Assembly (NCBI GenBank): GCA_031398745.1
Contig: JANNNX010000078.1
Location: forward strand, 1-59,408
DNA from: Actinomycetes bacterium
GTDB lineage: Bacteria > Actinomycetota > Acidimicrobiia > Acidimicrobiales > CADCSY01
DNA: 59,408 bases
Reading direction: 5' to 3'
Under the pieces are notes generated by a model. It made no database searches and had not been told where the DNA came from. It worked only from the letters and a program-made list of their open reading frames with translations. Below are positions 1 to 12,278 of the stretch, piece after piece (position 1 is the stretch's first letter; the number at the start of each line of letters is the position of its first letter). Both the position numbers and the translations under genes were made by a program.

Positions 1-966
1 GAAATCCGCGGTCGACAGCGAGGTGAGGGCGACCTCGTCGTAGCCGGTGCGCCGGAGCCCGTCGCGCACCATCGTGCGGACCTGGTCGGCCGGCCGCTCC
101 CGCACCGGACGGGTGATCATCCCGGCCTGGCAGAACCGGCAGCCCCGGGTGCAGCCCCGGAAGACCTCGACGTTGAGCCGGTCGTGGACGACCTCGGTCA
201 AGGGCACGAGCTGGTTCTTCGGATAGGGCCACTGACCCAGGTCAGCGATGGTGCGCTTCTCGATGCGGGCAGGGGCCTCCGCCACCAGGGGGTCGAGGCC
301 GGCAGCCCGGGGGCCGTCGAAGCGGGGCTGGTAGAGCGAGGGCACGTAGACGCCCTCGACCTGGGCCAGCTCCCGGAGCACGTCGGCCCGCCACGAGGCG
401 GTGCGGGGCCGGGGCTTGGCCCGAGCCAGCACCTCGGTGATCTCGCCCACGACCTCCTCGCCATCGCCCAGGACCACGAAGTCGAGGAAGTCGGCCAGCG
501 GCTCGGGGTTGTAGGTGCAGTGGCCCCCGGCCCCCACCAGCGGGTCGGTGGGGGCCCGGTCGGCGCTGCGTACCGGCATGCCGGCCAGGTCGATGCAGTT
601 CAGGACGTTGGTGTAGACGAGCTCGGCCGACAGGTTGAAGGCCAAGACGTCGAAGTCGCCGGCCGCCCGGTGAGTGTCGACCGAGAACAGCGGCAGGTCG
701 TGGGACCGCAGGAGGGCCTCGAGGTCGCGCCACGGCGCGTAGGTGCGCTCGGCCACGGCGTCGGATCGCTCGTTGAGGATCTCGTAGAGGATCTGGAGGC
801 CCTGGTTGGGCAGCCCGATCTCGTAGGTGTCGGGGTAGGCCAGCAGCCAGGCCACCTTGTCCGGCGAGTGCACCGGGCTCTGGGCTCCGTCCTCGCCGCC
901 GATGTACCGAGCCGGCTTCTGCACCCTGCCCAGGAGAGGCTCCAGCTGGGCCCACACGGAGGACAT
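1..966 (-). CDS. Radical SAM protein of the TIGR03960-like family, 3' end outside the window
   Basis: Reverse-strand reading from an ATG at about 964-966 gives MSSVWAQLEPLLGRVQKPARYIGGE. A CxxxCxxC motif (CTRGCRFC) lies at about 130-153 in the same frame. It sits downstream of rodA as in other actinobacteria. The ORF track omits it because it runs off the window edge. Confidence 0.6.
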   Translation of the reverse strand, partial: MSSVWAQLEPLLGRVQKPARYIGGEDGAQSPVHSPDKVAWLLAYPDTYEIGLPNQGLQILYEILNERSDAVAERTYAPWRDLEALLRSHDLPLFSVDTHRAAGDFDVLAFNLSAELVYTNVLNCIDLAGMPVRSADRAPTDPLVGAGGHCTYNPEPLADFLDFVVLGDGEEVVGEITEVLARAKPRPRTASWRADVLRELAQVEGVYVPSLYQPRFDGPRAAGLDPLVAEAPARIEKRTIADLGQWPYPKNQLVPLTEVVHDRLNVEVFRGCTRGCRFCQAGMITRPVRERPADQVRTMVRDGLRRTGYDEVALTSLSTADF

Positions 967-1017
967 GATCCTGACGAGACTACCGGTCGGGGCTCCGACC
1001 CCAGATCCTCACCCCGG

Positions 1018-2235
1018 CTAGGTGAAGCGGCGCATGTGGATGTTGAGCACTAGGCCGATGCCGATGAGGGTGGTCACCATGGACGAGCCGCCGTAGGACA
1101 CGAGCGGGAGGGGCAGGCCCGTCACCGGCATGATGCCCATGGTCATGCCGACGTTCTCGAAGACCTGGAACATGAGCATCGTCAGCACGCCGATGCAGAT
1201 CAGGGTGCCGAAGAGGTCACGAGCCAGGCGGGCGGCCCGCAGGATTCGCCAGGCCACCACGCCGTAGAGGAGGAGCAGTCCGGCCGATCCCACGAAGCCG
1301 AGCTCCTCGCCGACCACGGTGAAGATGAAGTCGGTGCGCTGCTCGGGCACGTAGCCGCCCTCGGTCTGGGTGCCGTTGAACAGGCCGGTCCCGGTCAGCC
1401 CGCCGGCGGCCACCGCGGTCTTGGACTGCGAGGTCTGGTACCGGATGCTCCCCAGTCCGTCGCCCTCGTCGACCTCGTCGTCGCCGGTGACGAAGGTGGT
1501 CAGGCGGTCCCGCTGGTACTGGCTGAGCACGTCCATCTGCAGCATGCCGACCACCCCGGCGACGCCGATCAGGGTGAGCACCAGGATGTGGCGGAGACGG
1601 GCGCCGGCGATCAGCAGCACCCCCATCAAGATGGCCACGAACACCAGTACCGAGCCCAGGTCGGGCTGCAAGTAGATGAGGCCGATCGGCACCGCCCCGA
1701 TACCCAGGCACACCGCCAGCCGACGCAGGTCGAGGTCGCCCTCGTGGGTCGAGGCGTAGGCCGCGACCATGACGATGACCGCCACCTTGGTGAACTCGGC
1801 GGGCTGGATCTGGAAGCCGCCGGGCAGCAGGAACCACGACTGGGCGAAGTTGACCGTCACCCCGAGGGGCGAGAGGACGAGGACGAGCGCCGCCACCGCC
1901 CCCAGGTAGATGACCGCGGCGTAGTGCTGGAAGATCCGGTGGTCGATGACCACGGTGACCACCGCCAGCCCGGTGCCGGCGACCAGGAACAGCAGCTGCT
2001 TGCGAACGTCGCTGAGCTGGCTCGCCCCTTGCGACGCCAAGCCACTGCGGGTGGCCGAGTAGATCATCACCAGCCCGACCAGGGCCAGCAGCCCGGTAGC
2101 CACGATGAGCACCACGTCGAGGTGCATCCAGGTGCGCTCCAGAGGCCGCCGGGTGTTGTCCAGCGGGGTGCGGCGCTCGAGGCGGCGGCCGACGGCGGTC
2201 ACGGTCGCCCGCTCACGGGATCGACGGCTCGACAC
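1018..2235 (-). CDS. rodA: SEDS-family peptidoglycan glycosyltransferase RodA/FtsW
   Basis: 405-aa polytopic membrane ORF with SEDS motifs (VMIYSAT...). It lies directly downstream of pbp2 in the mre cluster. Confidence 0.85.
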   Translation of the reverse strand: MSSRRSRERATVTAVGRRLERRTPLDNTRRPLERTWMHLDVVLIVATGLLALVGLVMIYSATRSGLASQGASQLSDVRKQLLFLVAGTGLAVVTVVIDHRIFQHYAAVIYLGAVAALVLVLSPLGVTVNFAQSWFLLPGGFQIQPAEFTKVAVIVMVAAYASTHEGDLDLRRLAVCLGIGAVPIGLIYLQPDLGSVLVFVAILMGVLLIAGARLRHILVLTLIGVAGVVGMLQMDVLSQYQRDRLTTFVTGDDEVDEGDGLGSIRYQTSQSKTAVAAGGLTGTGLFNGTQTEGGYVPEQRTDFIFTVVGEELGFVGSAGLLLLYGVVAWRILRAARLARDLFGTLICIGVLTMLMFQVFENVGMTMGIMPVTGLPLPLVSYGGSSMVTTLIGIGLVLNIHMRRFT

Positions 2236-4153
2236 CGGAGACCTGTCCCATGACCGCCCGAGCCACCGGCGCGGCCGCCGATGCCCCGCGCCCGGATTGC
2301 TCCATCACCACGGCCACGACGTACTTCGGGTCGTCCATGGGCCCCACCCCCACGAACAGCGACGTGTCCTGCTTGGTGCGGGTGCCGTCGGCCTGACGGT
2401 TTCCGGCCTCGGCCGTACCAGTCTTGCCACCGACCTCGTAGTCGGCCCGAGGCCAGCCGGCGAAGGCGCCCGCGCCTGTCCCCTGGCCGGTGGTGACCAG
2501 CGAGAGCCCGGTCATGATCGGATCCCGAACCTCGGCCGACAGCACCGTCTGGTTGGCCACCCGGGGGGCCACCGTCCGCACCGTCGGCCCCCCACCGGGC
2601 TCGCGCACCTCGAGGCCGACGTTGGGCGAGAAGCGGGTGCCTCCGTTGGCGACCGTGGCGTAGGCGTTGGCCAACTGCAGCGGCGTGACCACGAGGTCGC
2701 CCTGGCCGATGGCCAGGTTGACGTCGTCGCCGGGGTACCAGGCCCGGGTCGGGAACTTGTCGGGGTACTGGTCGTGCAGGGACCGCCGCTGCTCGGGGTT
2801 GGCCACTGACCCGGCGGCGTCACCCCCGATGTCGAGTCCGGGGCTCGCCCCGAAGCCGAGCTGTTCGGCGGTGTCGTCGAAGGCGTTGCCGCCGACTTCG
2901 TTGCGGTCCTCCGAGATGCTCTCCCGCTCCCGGTAGAACCTGTAGCCGAGGTCGTAGAAGAACACGTCGCTCGAGACCTGGAGGGCGGTCGAGACGTTGA
3001 CCCGGCCGCTCCCCACCCCGTCGATGTTCTGGAACTCGCACTGGGCTTCGCAATCGGGAATCTCGTAGGTGCCCCGGTCGTCGTAGGTGGAGGCGCCGGT
3101 GATGAGGCCCGACTGGAGGGCGGCGGTCGCCGTCACCAGCTTCCAGGTCGAGCCCGGGGCGTACCCGCCGGAGGTCGCCCGGTTGGTGAGCGGGGCCCCG
3201 TTGCCCTCATCGGTCAGCTCCTCGTAGCGGGCCTGGCTGATCCCGTCCACGAACTCGCCCGGGTCGTAGGTGGGCCAGGACGCCATGGCGATCACCTCGC
3301 CAGTGGTGTCATCGAGCACCACCACCGACCCGGCATCGGCCTTGTGGAGCCCGGTCTTGTCGTCGGTGGCGGTCGAGCGGCGCTCGATCAGCGTCGCCTC
3401 CAGTGACTGCTCGGCGACCTGCTGGACCTTGAGGTCGATGCTGAGCACGACGTCGTCACCGGGTACCGGAGCGGTCCGCTCCTTCACCCGCAGAGGGACG
3501 CCGTCGGCACCCACCTCGTAGACCGTGCGCCCCGGCGTGCCCCGCAGGTCGGCCTCGTAGGCCTGCTCGACGCCCGACTTGCCGACATGGTCGCCCGGGC
3601 GATACGTCTCGGGGTCAGCCGCCAGCTCGGTGTCGTTGATCTCCCCGACGTAGCCGAGGACGTGGGCCGCCAGGCTCCCGTAGGGGTACTCGCGGGTGGT
3701 GACGTCAAGCGTGACGACCCCCGGGTACTCGTCCTGGCGCTCGCCGATGTGGACGGCCTTCACCTCGTCGACCTCCTCGAGGACGGTGATGGCCGTGTAC
3801 GGCGTCGCCCGGGGGTCCTCCAGCCGGTCCTCGAGCACCGACTTCTCGACCCCGAAGAGGCTGGACAGGTTGTTGAGCGAGGTCTGGAGCTCGGCCGAGC
3901 TCACCTCGGCGGTGTCGATGGCGACCGACTGGCTCACCCGGTTGCGAACCAGCTCGACCGAGTTTCGGTCGAGGATGCGACCCCGCGGTGCCTCCTCGTA
4001 GACCACCCGCTCGGCGTTGGTGATGGCCGCCACCTGGAACTCTTCGGCCGAGAGCACCTGGAGGTACCACAGGCGGGCCAGCAGGGCGGCAAAGAGCGAC
4101 ACCACCACGACCCCGTACACGCCGATCCGCAGCCGGGGGCTGTCCACCGTCAT
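2213..4153 (-). CDS. mrdA: Penicillin-binding protein 2 (elongasome transpeptidase)
   Basis: PBP dimerisation and transpeptidase domains (..STWK.., KTGTAE). The likely start is MTVDSPRL, overlapping the mreD stop as ATGA. The longer 774-aa ORF in the track is an upstream over-extension. Confidence 0.85.
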   Translation of the reverse strand: MTVDSPRLRIGVYGVVVVSLFAALLARLWYLQVLSAEEFQVAAITNAERVVYEEAPRGRILDRNSVELVRNRVSQSVAIDTAEVSSAELQTSLNNLSSLFGVEKSVLEDRLEDPRATPYTAITVLEEVDEVKAVHIGERQDEYPGVVTLDVTTREYPYGSLAAHVLGYVGEINDTELAADPETYRPGDHVGKSGVEQAYEADLRGTPGRTVYEVGADGVPLRVKERTAPVPGDDVVLSIDLKVQQVAEQSLEATLIERRSTATDDKTGLHKADAGSVVVLDDTTGEVIAMASWPTYDPGEFVDGISQARYEELTDEGNGAPLTNRATSGGYAPGSTWKLVTATAALQSGLITGASTYDDRGTYEIPDCEAQCEFQNIDGVGSGRVNVSTALQVSSDVFFYDLGYRFYRERESISEDRNEVGGNAFDDTAEQLGFGASPGLDIGGDAAGSVANPEQRRSLHDQYPDKFPTRAWYPGDDVNLAIGQGDLVVTPLQLANAYATVANGGTRFSPNVGLEVREPGGGPTVRTVAPRVANQTVLSAEVRDPIMTGLSLVTTGQGTGAGAFAGWPRADYEVGGKTGTAEAGNRQADGTRTKQDTSLFVGVGPMDDPKYVVAVVMEQSGRGASAAAPVARAVMGQVSGVEPSIP

Positions 4154-4659
4154 CGCACCACCATCGCGGCATCGTCGGGCTCGGCCAGCCCGAAGCGCAC
4201 GAGGCCTATCACCATCGGGGCCAGGAGTCCGTTCAGCACGGCCACCACCGCCACCACCAGCGGCACCCGGCGGCTCCAGAGCTCGGATTGCCCGAGCACC
4301 ACTCCGGCCAGCACGAAGAGGGTCTCCCCCATGGCACTGGCCACCGCGGCGGTGGCCACCACGATCCAGCGGGCCCGGTGGAGCACGGTCTCGTGGAACG
4401 CCCCGACCCCGTAGGCGGTGACCGAGAACGACAACGCCGAGAGCCCAAAGGGCGAGGCCAGGAAGCAGTCCGCCAACAGCCCGAGGGCGAAGCCGATGGC
4501 CCCGGCTCGAGAGGGCCCCACGACGATGCCGGTGCACACTGCCACCAGCAGGAGGAAGTCGACCGCGATCCCCTCGACGCGCAGGTTGGGGAACACCGCG
4601 GCGTGGAGAACCACCGAGGTCACCACCAGCAGGGGGAGGCGGACGAGGGCCGTACTCAC
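4150..4659 (-). CDS. mreD: Rod shape-determining protein MreD
   Basis: 169-aa hydrophobic protein between mreC and pbp2. It overlaps both neighbours by 4 nt. Confidence 0.75.
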   Translation of the reverse strand: MSTALVRLPLLVVTSVVLHAAVFPNLRVEGIAVDFLLLVAVCTGIVVGPSRAGAIGFALGLLADCFLASPFGLSALSFSVTAYGVGAFHETVLHRARWIVVATAAVASAMGETLFVLAGVVLGQSELWSRRVPLVVAVVAVLNGLLAPMVIGLVRFGLAEPDDAAMVVR

Positions 4660-5501
4660 GGGCCGGGCTGGGGCAGCCAGCTGATCACGGCCACGTGATC
4701 GACGTGGTCGATGTCGGCCACGGGGGTCAGCTCGACCGACGTGCTCACCTCGCCAGGGCCCCGGGTGGCGCTCGTGATGCGGCCCACCGGGATGTCGGCC
4801 GGGAACAAGCTGTCCTCCTGGCCGCTCGTGTAGACCAGCGGCTCGTCGCGGATCTCGGCCGGGGACTTGTGGATCCCGTCGACCGAGAGGGGTCGTTCCG
4901 CCCCCTGGCCCTGGGCCAGGCCCAGCTCGTCGACCGTGGGGAAGCGGACTCCGACCCCTGAGCTCGGGCTGGTGATCAACCTGACCTGGGCCCGGTCCGC
5001 GGAGACCGACACCACCCGGCCGACCAGGCCCGCGGCGGTGACCACCGGGTTGCCCACCGCCACGCCCTTGTCGCTCCCCCGGTCGATCTCCACCGTGTCC
5101 TCGAAGTTCGCCACCCCGCCCCCCTTCACCCGGGCCGCCACCGTCGGCAAGTCACCGACGAAGTCGATGTCCAGCAGGCTCCGCAGCGCCTCCAGCTCGT
5201 CCAGCAGGGCTTCGCTCTGGGCGGCGCTGCTCTCGAGATCGGCGTTGCGCTCCCTCAGCTCCTGGTTCTCGGCTCGCAGGTCGCGGTCGTTTCCCACCGA
5301 GGAGACGGCGTCGCCCACCGGGCTGACGATCGCGGCCACCGCGTCCCGCACCGGGGCCACGGTGTCGGCCACCGTCCCCCGCACCGCGCCCAGGGCGCCG
5401 GTGTCACCACCCCAGAGGTCGACGCTGACCACCGTCAGGGACAGGAGCACGAGCAGCACCAGCGTCGAGCGACGGCGCCCGGATCGCCGGGAGAGAACCA
5501 C
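4656..5501 (-). CDS. mreC: Rod shape-determining protein MreC
   Basis: 281 aa with an N-terminal TM segment, a coiled-coil (LRAENQELRERNADLESS) and a beta-rich C-terminal domain. Position matches the mreBCD order. Confidence 0.8.
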   Translation of the reverse strand: MVLSRRSGRRRSTLVLLVLLSLTVVSVDLWGGDTGALGAVRGTVADTVAPVRDAVAAIVSPVGDAVSSVGNDRDLRAENQELRERNADLESSAAQSEALLDELEALRSLLDIDFVGDLPTVAARVKGGGVANFEDTVEIDRGSDKGVAVGNPVVTAAGLVGRVVSVSADRAQVRLITSPSSGVGVRFPTVDELGLAQGQGAERPLSVDGIHKSPAEIRDEPLVYTSGQEDSLFPADIPVGRITSATRGPGEVSTSVELTPVADIDHVDHVAVISWLPQPGP

Positions 5502-5510
5502 AGCCTGCGG

Positions 5511-6539
<1,029 letters not shown>

Positions 6540-6643
6540 GCTTTCGGGCATGCGGGCACTCCTCCGGGATGACGGCTGGCGAGCCCGCGACACGCTACGG
6601 GCACCCCCCTGACCCGACAAGCGCGGCCCCGATCCGAGGGGGT

Positions 6644-7048
6644 TCACTCGCCGAAGAAGAGGGCGATCTCGCGGGATGCCGACTCCGGCCCGTCGGAACC
6701 GTGCACCAGGTTCTCGGTCAACAGCACGCCGAGATCGCCACGGATGGTGCCCGGGGCGGCGTCGCGGGGGTTGGTCGAGCCCATGAGGGTGCGAACGACC
6801 TTCCAGGTGTCTTCGGGTCCTTCGACGACCAGCAGCAGGCTCGGGCCGCGGGTGATGAAGGAAACGAGGTCGGCGAAGAACGACTTGCCGTCGTGCTCGG
6901 CGTAGTGACGCCGGGCAGTGTCCTCGTCGATGGTGCGGAGCTCGGCGGCCACCAGGCGCAGCCCCTTGCGCTCCAGTCGGCCGACGATCTCTCCGGCCAG
7001 GCCACGCTCGACGGCATCGGGCTTGCAGATCACGAAGGTGCGGTCCAT
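6644..7048 (-). CDS. ndk: Nucleoside diphosphate kinase
   Basis: 134 aa beginning MDRTFVICKPDAVERGLAGEIVGRLERKGL, with an NDK active-site His context (NLVHGSD). Confidence 0.9.
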   Translation of the reverse strand: MDRTFVICKPDAVERGLAGEIVGRLERKGLRLVAAELRTIDEDTARRHYAEHDGKSFFADLVSFITRGPSLLLVVEGPEDTWKVVRTLMGSTNPRDAAPGTIRGDLGVLLTENLVHGSDGPESASREIALFFGE

Positions 7049-7135
7049 ATCGCCGAGCAGGGTACGGCCGATCGGGTGTCCGGTCGCGATCCGCCGAGCT
7101 CGGCTTGCGGTAGCCCGCCCGGGGCCGGCTCCGGG

Positions 7136-8443
7136 TCAGTCCGAGCTGCGAGACGCGACCGTGGCTCGGGCCGCGCCGACGACGTAGAGCGATCCGGTCA
7201 CGAGGACCAGGTCATCCTCGGCGGCGAAGGCCACCGCCTTGGTGACCGCTTCCGCCACGTCGGGCACCACCACCGCCTCCACGCCCGCCCGGCGAGCGGC
7301 CGCCGCCACCTCGTCGGCCGGCATGGCCCGGATCCACTCCGCCGCGGTGGCGACCACCAGGCGGGCCCGGGTGACCTCGAGGGCAGCCAGCATCTCGTCG
7401 GCGTCTCGCTCCTGGTTCATGCCGACCACCAGGATCCGCTTGCCGCCCACCGCGAAGTCGTCGACCGTGCGCGCCGCAGCGCGAGCCCCGTCGGGTTTGT
7501 GGGCCCCGTCGAGCACCATGAGCGGCCGGCGGCCGACGACCTCGAAGCGACCGGGGACCTCGACCGAGCCGAATCCCTCGTCGAGCACCTGGCGATCCAC
7601 AGGCCGATCGAAGAACGCCTCGGTGGCCGCCAGCGCCACCGAGGCGTTGTCGCCCTGGTGGGCTCCGTGGAGGGGCAGGTGGACGTGCTGGTAGGCCGCC
7701 TCGGGGGTGCGGAGGTCGAGGACGCGGCCGCCGATGGCCAGCTGGTTGGCGTCGCAGCCGAAGTCGCGACCGGCGAGCCACAGCCGTTCGGGTCCCGCCT
7801 CTTCGAAGATCGGCCGGAGCTCGGGGGCGATCTCCCCCAGCACCAGGGTGGCGCCCGGCTTGACGATGCCGGCCTTCTCGGAGGCCACGTGGGCGGTGGT
7901 CGGCCCGAAGTAGTCGGTGTGGTCGAGGCCTACGTTGGTCACCACCGCCACGATGCCGTCGGCCACGTTGGTCGAATCCCACCGGCCGCCGAGGCCGACC
8001 TCCACGACGGCCACGTCGACCGCCTGCTCGGCAAACCAGGCAAAGGCGGCCAGGGTGAGCACGTCGAAGTGCCCGGGACGGACCCCCGACAGGCGCTCGA
8101 CGACCTCTACAGCCTCGATCGATCGAGCCAAGCCCTCGTCGTCGATGGATTCGGCGTTGCGGCTTATGCGCTCGTTGATCCGCTCGAGATCGGGGCTCGT
8201 GTAGGTGCCGACCGACAGGCCGTGGGCCGCGAGGAGCGCGCTGATCAGCCGCGAGGTCGAGCCCTTCCCGTTGGTGCCGGTGACGTGGATGACCGGCTGG
8301 GCGTGCTGGGGGTCTCCCAGCTGGCCGGCCAAGGTCCGCATCGGGTCGAGGCTGGGTGCCACTCCCCGGCTGCCGGCGGCCGTGGCCTCGAGGTTGGTGT
8401 GGGCGTCGAGGTAGCCGAGGGCTCGGTCGAGATCCCAGGCCAC
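7136..8443 (-). CDS. folC: Folylpolyglutamate synthase / dihydrofolate synthase
   Basis: P-loop HVTGTNGKGST and Mur-ligase family motifs. Start is placed at a GTG just after the clpX stop, because the 525-aa track ORF over-extends into clpX. Confidence 0.8.
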   Translation of the reverse strand: MAWDLDRALGYLDAHTNLEATAAGSRGVAPSLDPMRTLAGQLGDPQHAQPVIHVTGTNGKGSTSRLISALLAAHGLSVGTYTSPDLERINERISRNAESIDDEGLARSIEAVEVVERLSGVRPGHFDVLTLAAFAWFAEQAVDVAVVEVGLGGRWDSTNVADGIVAVVTNVGLDHTDYFGPTTAHVASEKAGIVKPGATLVLGEIAPELRPIFEEAGPERLWLAGRDFGCDANQLAIGGRVLDLRTPEAAYQHVHLPLHGAHQGDNASVALAATEAFFDRPVDRQVLDEGFGSVEVPGRFEVVGRRPLMVLDGAHKPDGARAAARTVDDFAVGGKRILVVGMNQERDADEMLAALEVTRARLVVATAAEWIRAMPADEVAAAARRAGVEAVVVPDVAEAVTKAVAFAAEDDLVLVTGSLYVVGAARATVASRSSD

Positions 8444-8459
8444 GAGGTCGGGGGCCGGT

Positions 8460-9737
<1,278 letters not shown>

Positions 9738-9770
9738 GGTCGGGTTCCCCTCCTCGGATCGGCTGGTGAA

Positions 9771-10445
9771 TCAGTCGCGGGCCAGGCCAGCTTGCGCTGC
9801 CTGGCGAACCGAGATGACCTCGTCGAGGATGCCGTAGGTCTTGGCCTCGTCGGCCGACATCACGAAGTCTCGATCGGTGTCGCGGTGGATCCGCTCGATC
9901 GGCTGGCCGGTGTGGTTGGACAGGATCTCCTCGAGCAACGTCCGCATCCGCTCGATCTCCTTGGCCACCAGCTCGATGTCGGCCGCCTGACCCATGGCCT
10001 GGGCGTAGGGCTGGTGGAGCAGGATCCGTGCGTGGGGCAGGGCCAGCCGCTTGCCCTTGGTGCCGGCGGCCAGGAGCACGGCGGCCGCCGAGGCGGCCTG
10101 GCCGAAGCAGATCGTCGAGATGTTCGGGCGAACGAAGGACATCGTGTCGTAGATGGCGAACAGGGCGGTGATGTCGCCGCCCGGGCTGTTCACGTAGATG
10201 TGGATGTCCTTGTCGGCGCTCTCGGACTCGAGGTGGAGGAGCTGGGCGCACACGAGGTTGGCGATCGTGTCGTCGATCGGGGTGCCCAGGAAGATGATGT
10301 TGTCCTTCAGCAGCCGGGAGTACAGGTCGAAGGCTCGCTCGCCCCGGTTGGTCTGCTCGATGACAGTGGGCACCAGGTAGTTGAACGCCCGGAGACGATC
10401 GGGCCCCCCGGCCATCCGCTCACGGTCACGCTCGTCCAACGTCAT
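9771..10445 (-). CDS. clpP: ATP-dependent Clp protease proteolytic subunit (paralog A)
   Basis: 224 aa with the ClpP fold (YVNSPGG, catalytic Ser/His context). It lies between tig and clpX. Confidence 0.9.
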   Translation of the reverse strand: MTLDERDRERMAGGPDRLRAFNYLVPTVIEQTNRGERAFDLYSRLLKDNIIFLGTPIDDTIANLVCAQLLHLESESADKDIHIYVNSPGGDITALFAIYDTMSFVRPNISTICFGQAASAAAVLLAAGTKGKRLALPHARILLHQPYAQAMGQAADIELVAKEIERMRTLLEEILSNHTGQPIERIHRDTDRDFVMSADEAKTYGILDEVISVRQAAQAGLARD

Positions 10446-11824
10446 GCCGGCTGCTCCTCGCTCGCTGCGATCTCGGTGTCGGTGTCGGTGTCGGTGTCCG
10501 GCTCGTCCTCGACCTCGAGGTCGCCGCGGTCGACCGGGCTTCCCTCGCCGTCGACCAACTGTGCGTGCTCGACGAGGAACGTGAGTGCCTTGGTGCGCTG
10601 GACGGTCGAGCGTAGCGACTCGACCTGCCCGGCTTGTTCGAGCTGGCGTCGGGCCTCGTCGACCTCGAGCTCGGCGCTGGTCGCCAGGCGGGCGATCTCG
10701 GCCTCGAGCTCGTCGTCGTCGACCTCGAGCGCCTCGGCGTCGATCACCGCTCGCAGCGCCAGATCGGCCTTGACCGAGGCTCGGGCCTGCGCCCGGAACT
10801 CATCGGTGATGCCCTCGCCGGTCCGGCCCACGGCCGCCAGGTACTCGGCCACCCCGATCCCCTGGTTCTGGAGCGTCTGGACGAAGTCGCTGAGGCGGTG
10901 CTCGAGCTCGTGCGCCAGCAGCGGCTCGGGGACGATCTCGTCGTCGACCAGCTCGACCAGGGCCGCCACCACCGCGTCCTGAACGGCCATGCTGGCCTGC
11001 ATCCGCTTGATCGAACCGAGGCGCCGGCGGTAGTCCGCCCGCAGTTCGTCGAGCGACTCGAACTCGGAGGCCTCGGCGGCGAACTCGTCATCGAGGTCCG
11101 GCAGGTGACGGACCTTCACCTCCTTGACCAGTACCCGGAACTCCACCGTCGAGTCGTCGTCGGGATCGGGGTGCCCGGCCGAGAAGATGACGATGTCGCC
11201 GACGTTGCGGCCGGTCAGCTGCTCGTCGAGCTCGGGCACCACCGAAGCACTGCCCAGCTCGTAGAGGTAGTCGTCGGCGCTGAGGCCCGAGACCGGCTCA
11301 CCGCCGCTCGAGCCGGCCACGTCGATGGTGACGAAATCGCCGGCCTGCGCCGGCCGGGCCACGACCTCGAGCGCGCCGTGTTGGGTCCGCAACTGGCCGA
11401 TCTGGGCCTCGATCTCGTCCTCGGTGACGAGCGGGCTGGGGATGGTGGCCGTCAGGGCGTCGTACCCCTCGAGCGTGATACGGGGCCTGATCTCGACCAC
11501 CGCCTCGAAGGCCAGTGGTCCCTCGTCGCTGCCGGCGGTGATGTCGATCTCGGGGGAGTCGATGACGTCGACCGAGTGCTCGACCACCGCCTTCGCGTAG
11601 TAGTCGCCCAGGCTGTCCTTGATGGCTTCCGCTCGGGCGTAGTCGCGCCCGATCCGAGCCTCCAGCACCTTGCGAGGGACCTTCCCCTTGCGGAAGCCGG
11701 GGATGTTGACCTGACCGGCGAGCTTGCGGAAGGCAGCCGCTACCGCCTCCTCCAGCTCGTCCTCGGGCACCTCGACGGACACCTTGACCTTGTTGCCCTC
11801 GAGGGCCTCGATCGAGCTCTGCAC
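10442..11824 (-). CDS. tig: Trigger factor (ribosome-associated PPIase chaperone)
   Basis: [17 protein letters not shown] and an FKBP-like middle domain. The start is a GTG ([10 protein letters not shown]...). The 664-aa track ORF is an upstream over-extension. The acidic C-terminus ends in a (DT)n repeat. Confidence 0.88.
   Translation of the reverse strand: MQSSIEALEGNKVKVSVEVPEDELEEAVAAAFRKLAGQVNIPGFRKGKVPRKVLEARIGRDYARAEAIKDSLGDYYAKAVVEHSVDVIDSPEIDITAGSDEGPLAFEAVVEIRPRITLEGYDALTATIPSPLVTEDEIEAQIGQLRTQHGALEVVARPAQAGDFVTIDVAGSSGGEPVSGLSADDYLYELGSASVVPELDEQLTGRNVGDIVIFSAGHPDPDDDSTVEFRVLVKEVKVRHLPDLDDEFAAEASEFESLDELRADYRRRLGSIKRMQASMAVQDAVVAALVELVDDEIVPEPLLAHELEHRLSDFVQTLQNQGIGVAEYLAAVGRTGEGITDEFRAQARASVKADLALRAVIDAEALEVDDDELEAEIARLATSAELEVDEARRQLEQAGQVESLRSTVQRTKALTFLVEHAQLVDGEGSPVDRGDLEVEDEPDTDTDTDTEIAASEEQPA
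10474..10499. repeat. (CGGTGT)4-5 hexanucleotide microsatellite inside the tig 3' end, encoding a (Asp-Thr)n tail
   Basis: Directly visible tandem cggtgtcggtgtcggtgtcggtgt. It translates on the minus strand as TDTDTDTDT. Confidence 0.8.
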
Positions 11825-11910
11825 AGGGGGCGCAGTGTACGGGTCGCGCTCCGGGCCCCGAACCTCCTCGCGACCCGGAGCGTCGAGGGCCCCGTCACCA
11901 CCGGCCCCGC

Positions 11911-12129
11911 TCAGTCCTCGAGGCGGAAGCCCACCTTCATCGTCACCTGGAAGTAGTCGGGGCGGCCGCCGGCGCCGAGATAGCCCCGCACCTGGGTCAC
12001 CTCGAACCAATCCAGGTGCCGCAACGTCTCGCCGGCGCGGGCCAGCCCGTTGCGGATGGCGGCGTCGGCGCCGTCGGGCGACGTGCCGACGATCTCGGTG
12101 ACCTTGTAGGTGGCGTCGTGGTCGGGCAT
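11911..12129 (-). CDS. Dodecin-family flavin-binding protein
   Basis: MPDHDATYKVTEIVGTSPDGADAAIRNGLARAGETLRHLDWFEVTQVRG...QVTMKVGFRLED is the typical dodecin signature. The start is at an internal Met. Confidence 0.8.
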   Translation of the reverse strand: MPDHDATYKVTEIVGTSPDGADAAIRNGLARAGETLRHLDWFEVTQVRGYLGAGGRPDYFQVTMKVGFRLED

Positions 12130-12278
12130 CGGACCCCCAGGCTCGTCGTGCCGACGCGGTGCCGGCAACAGCAATCGGACCGTGAGTTCCCCTCAACCGC
12201 CGTGGCGATACGCCCCTAGGGTCCAGCGGATGTTCGCCCCCGGCGCCGCCGCCCTGCCGTCGGCCACGGGGTGGCGTC

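Noticed and set aside
10474-10499. Possible CRISPR-like repeat
   Set aside because: It is a simple hexanucleotide microsatellite inside the tig coding sequence, with no spacers and no cas genes.
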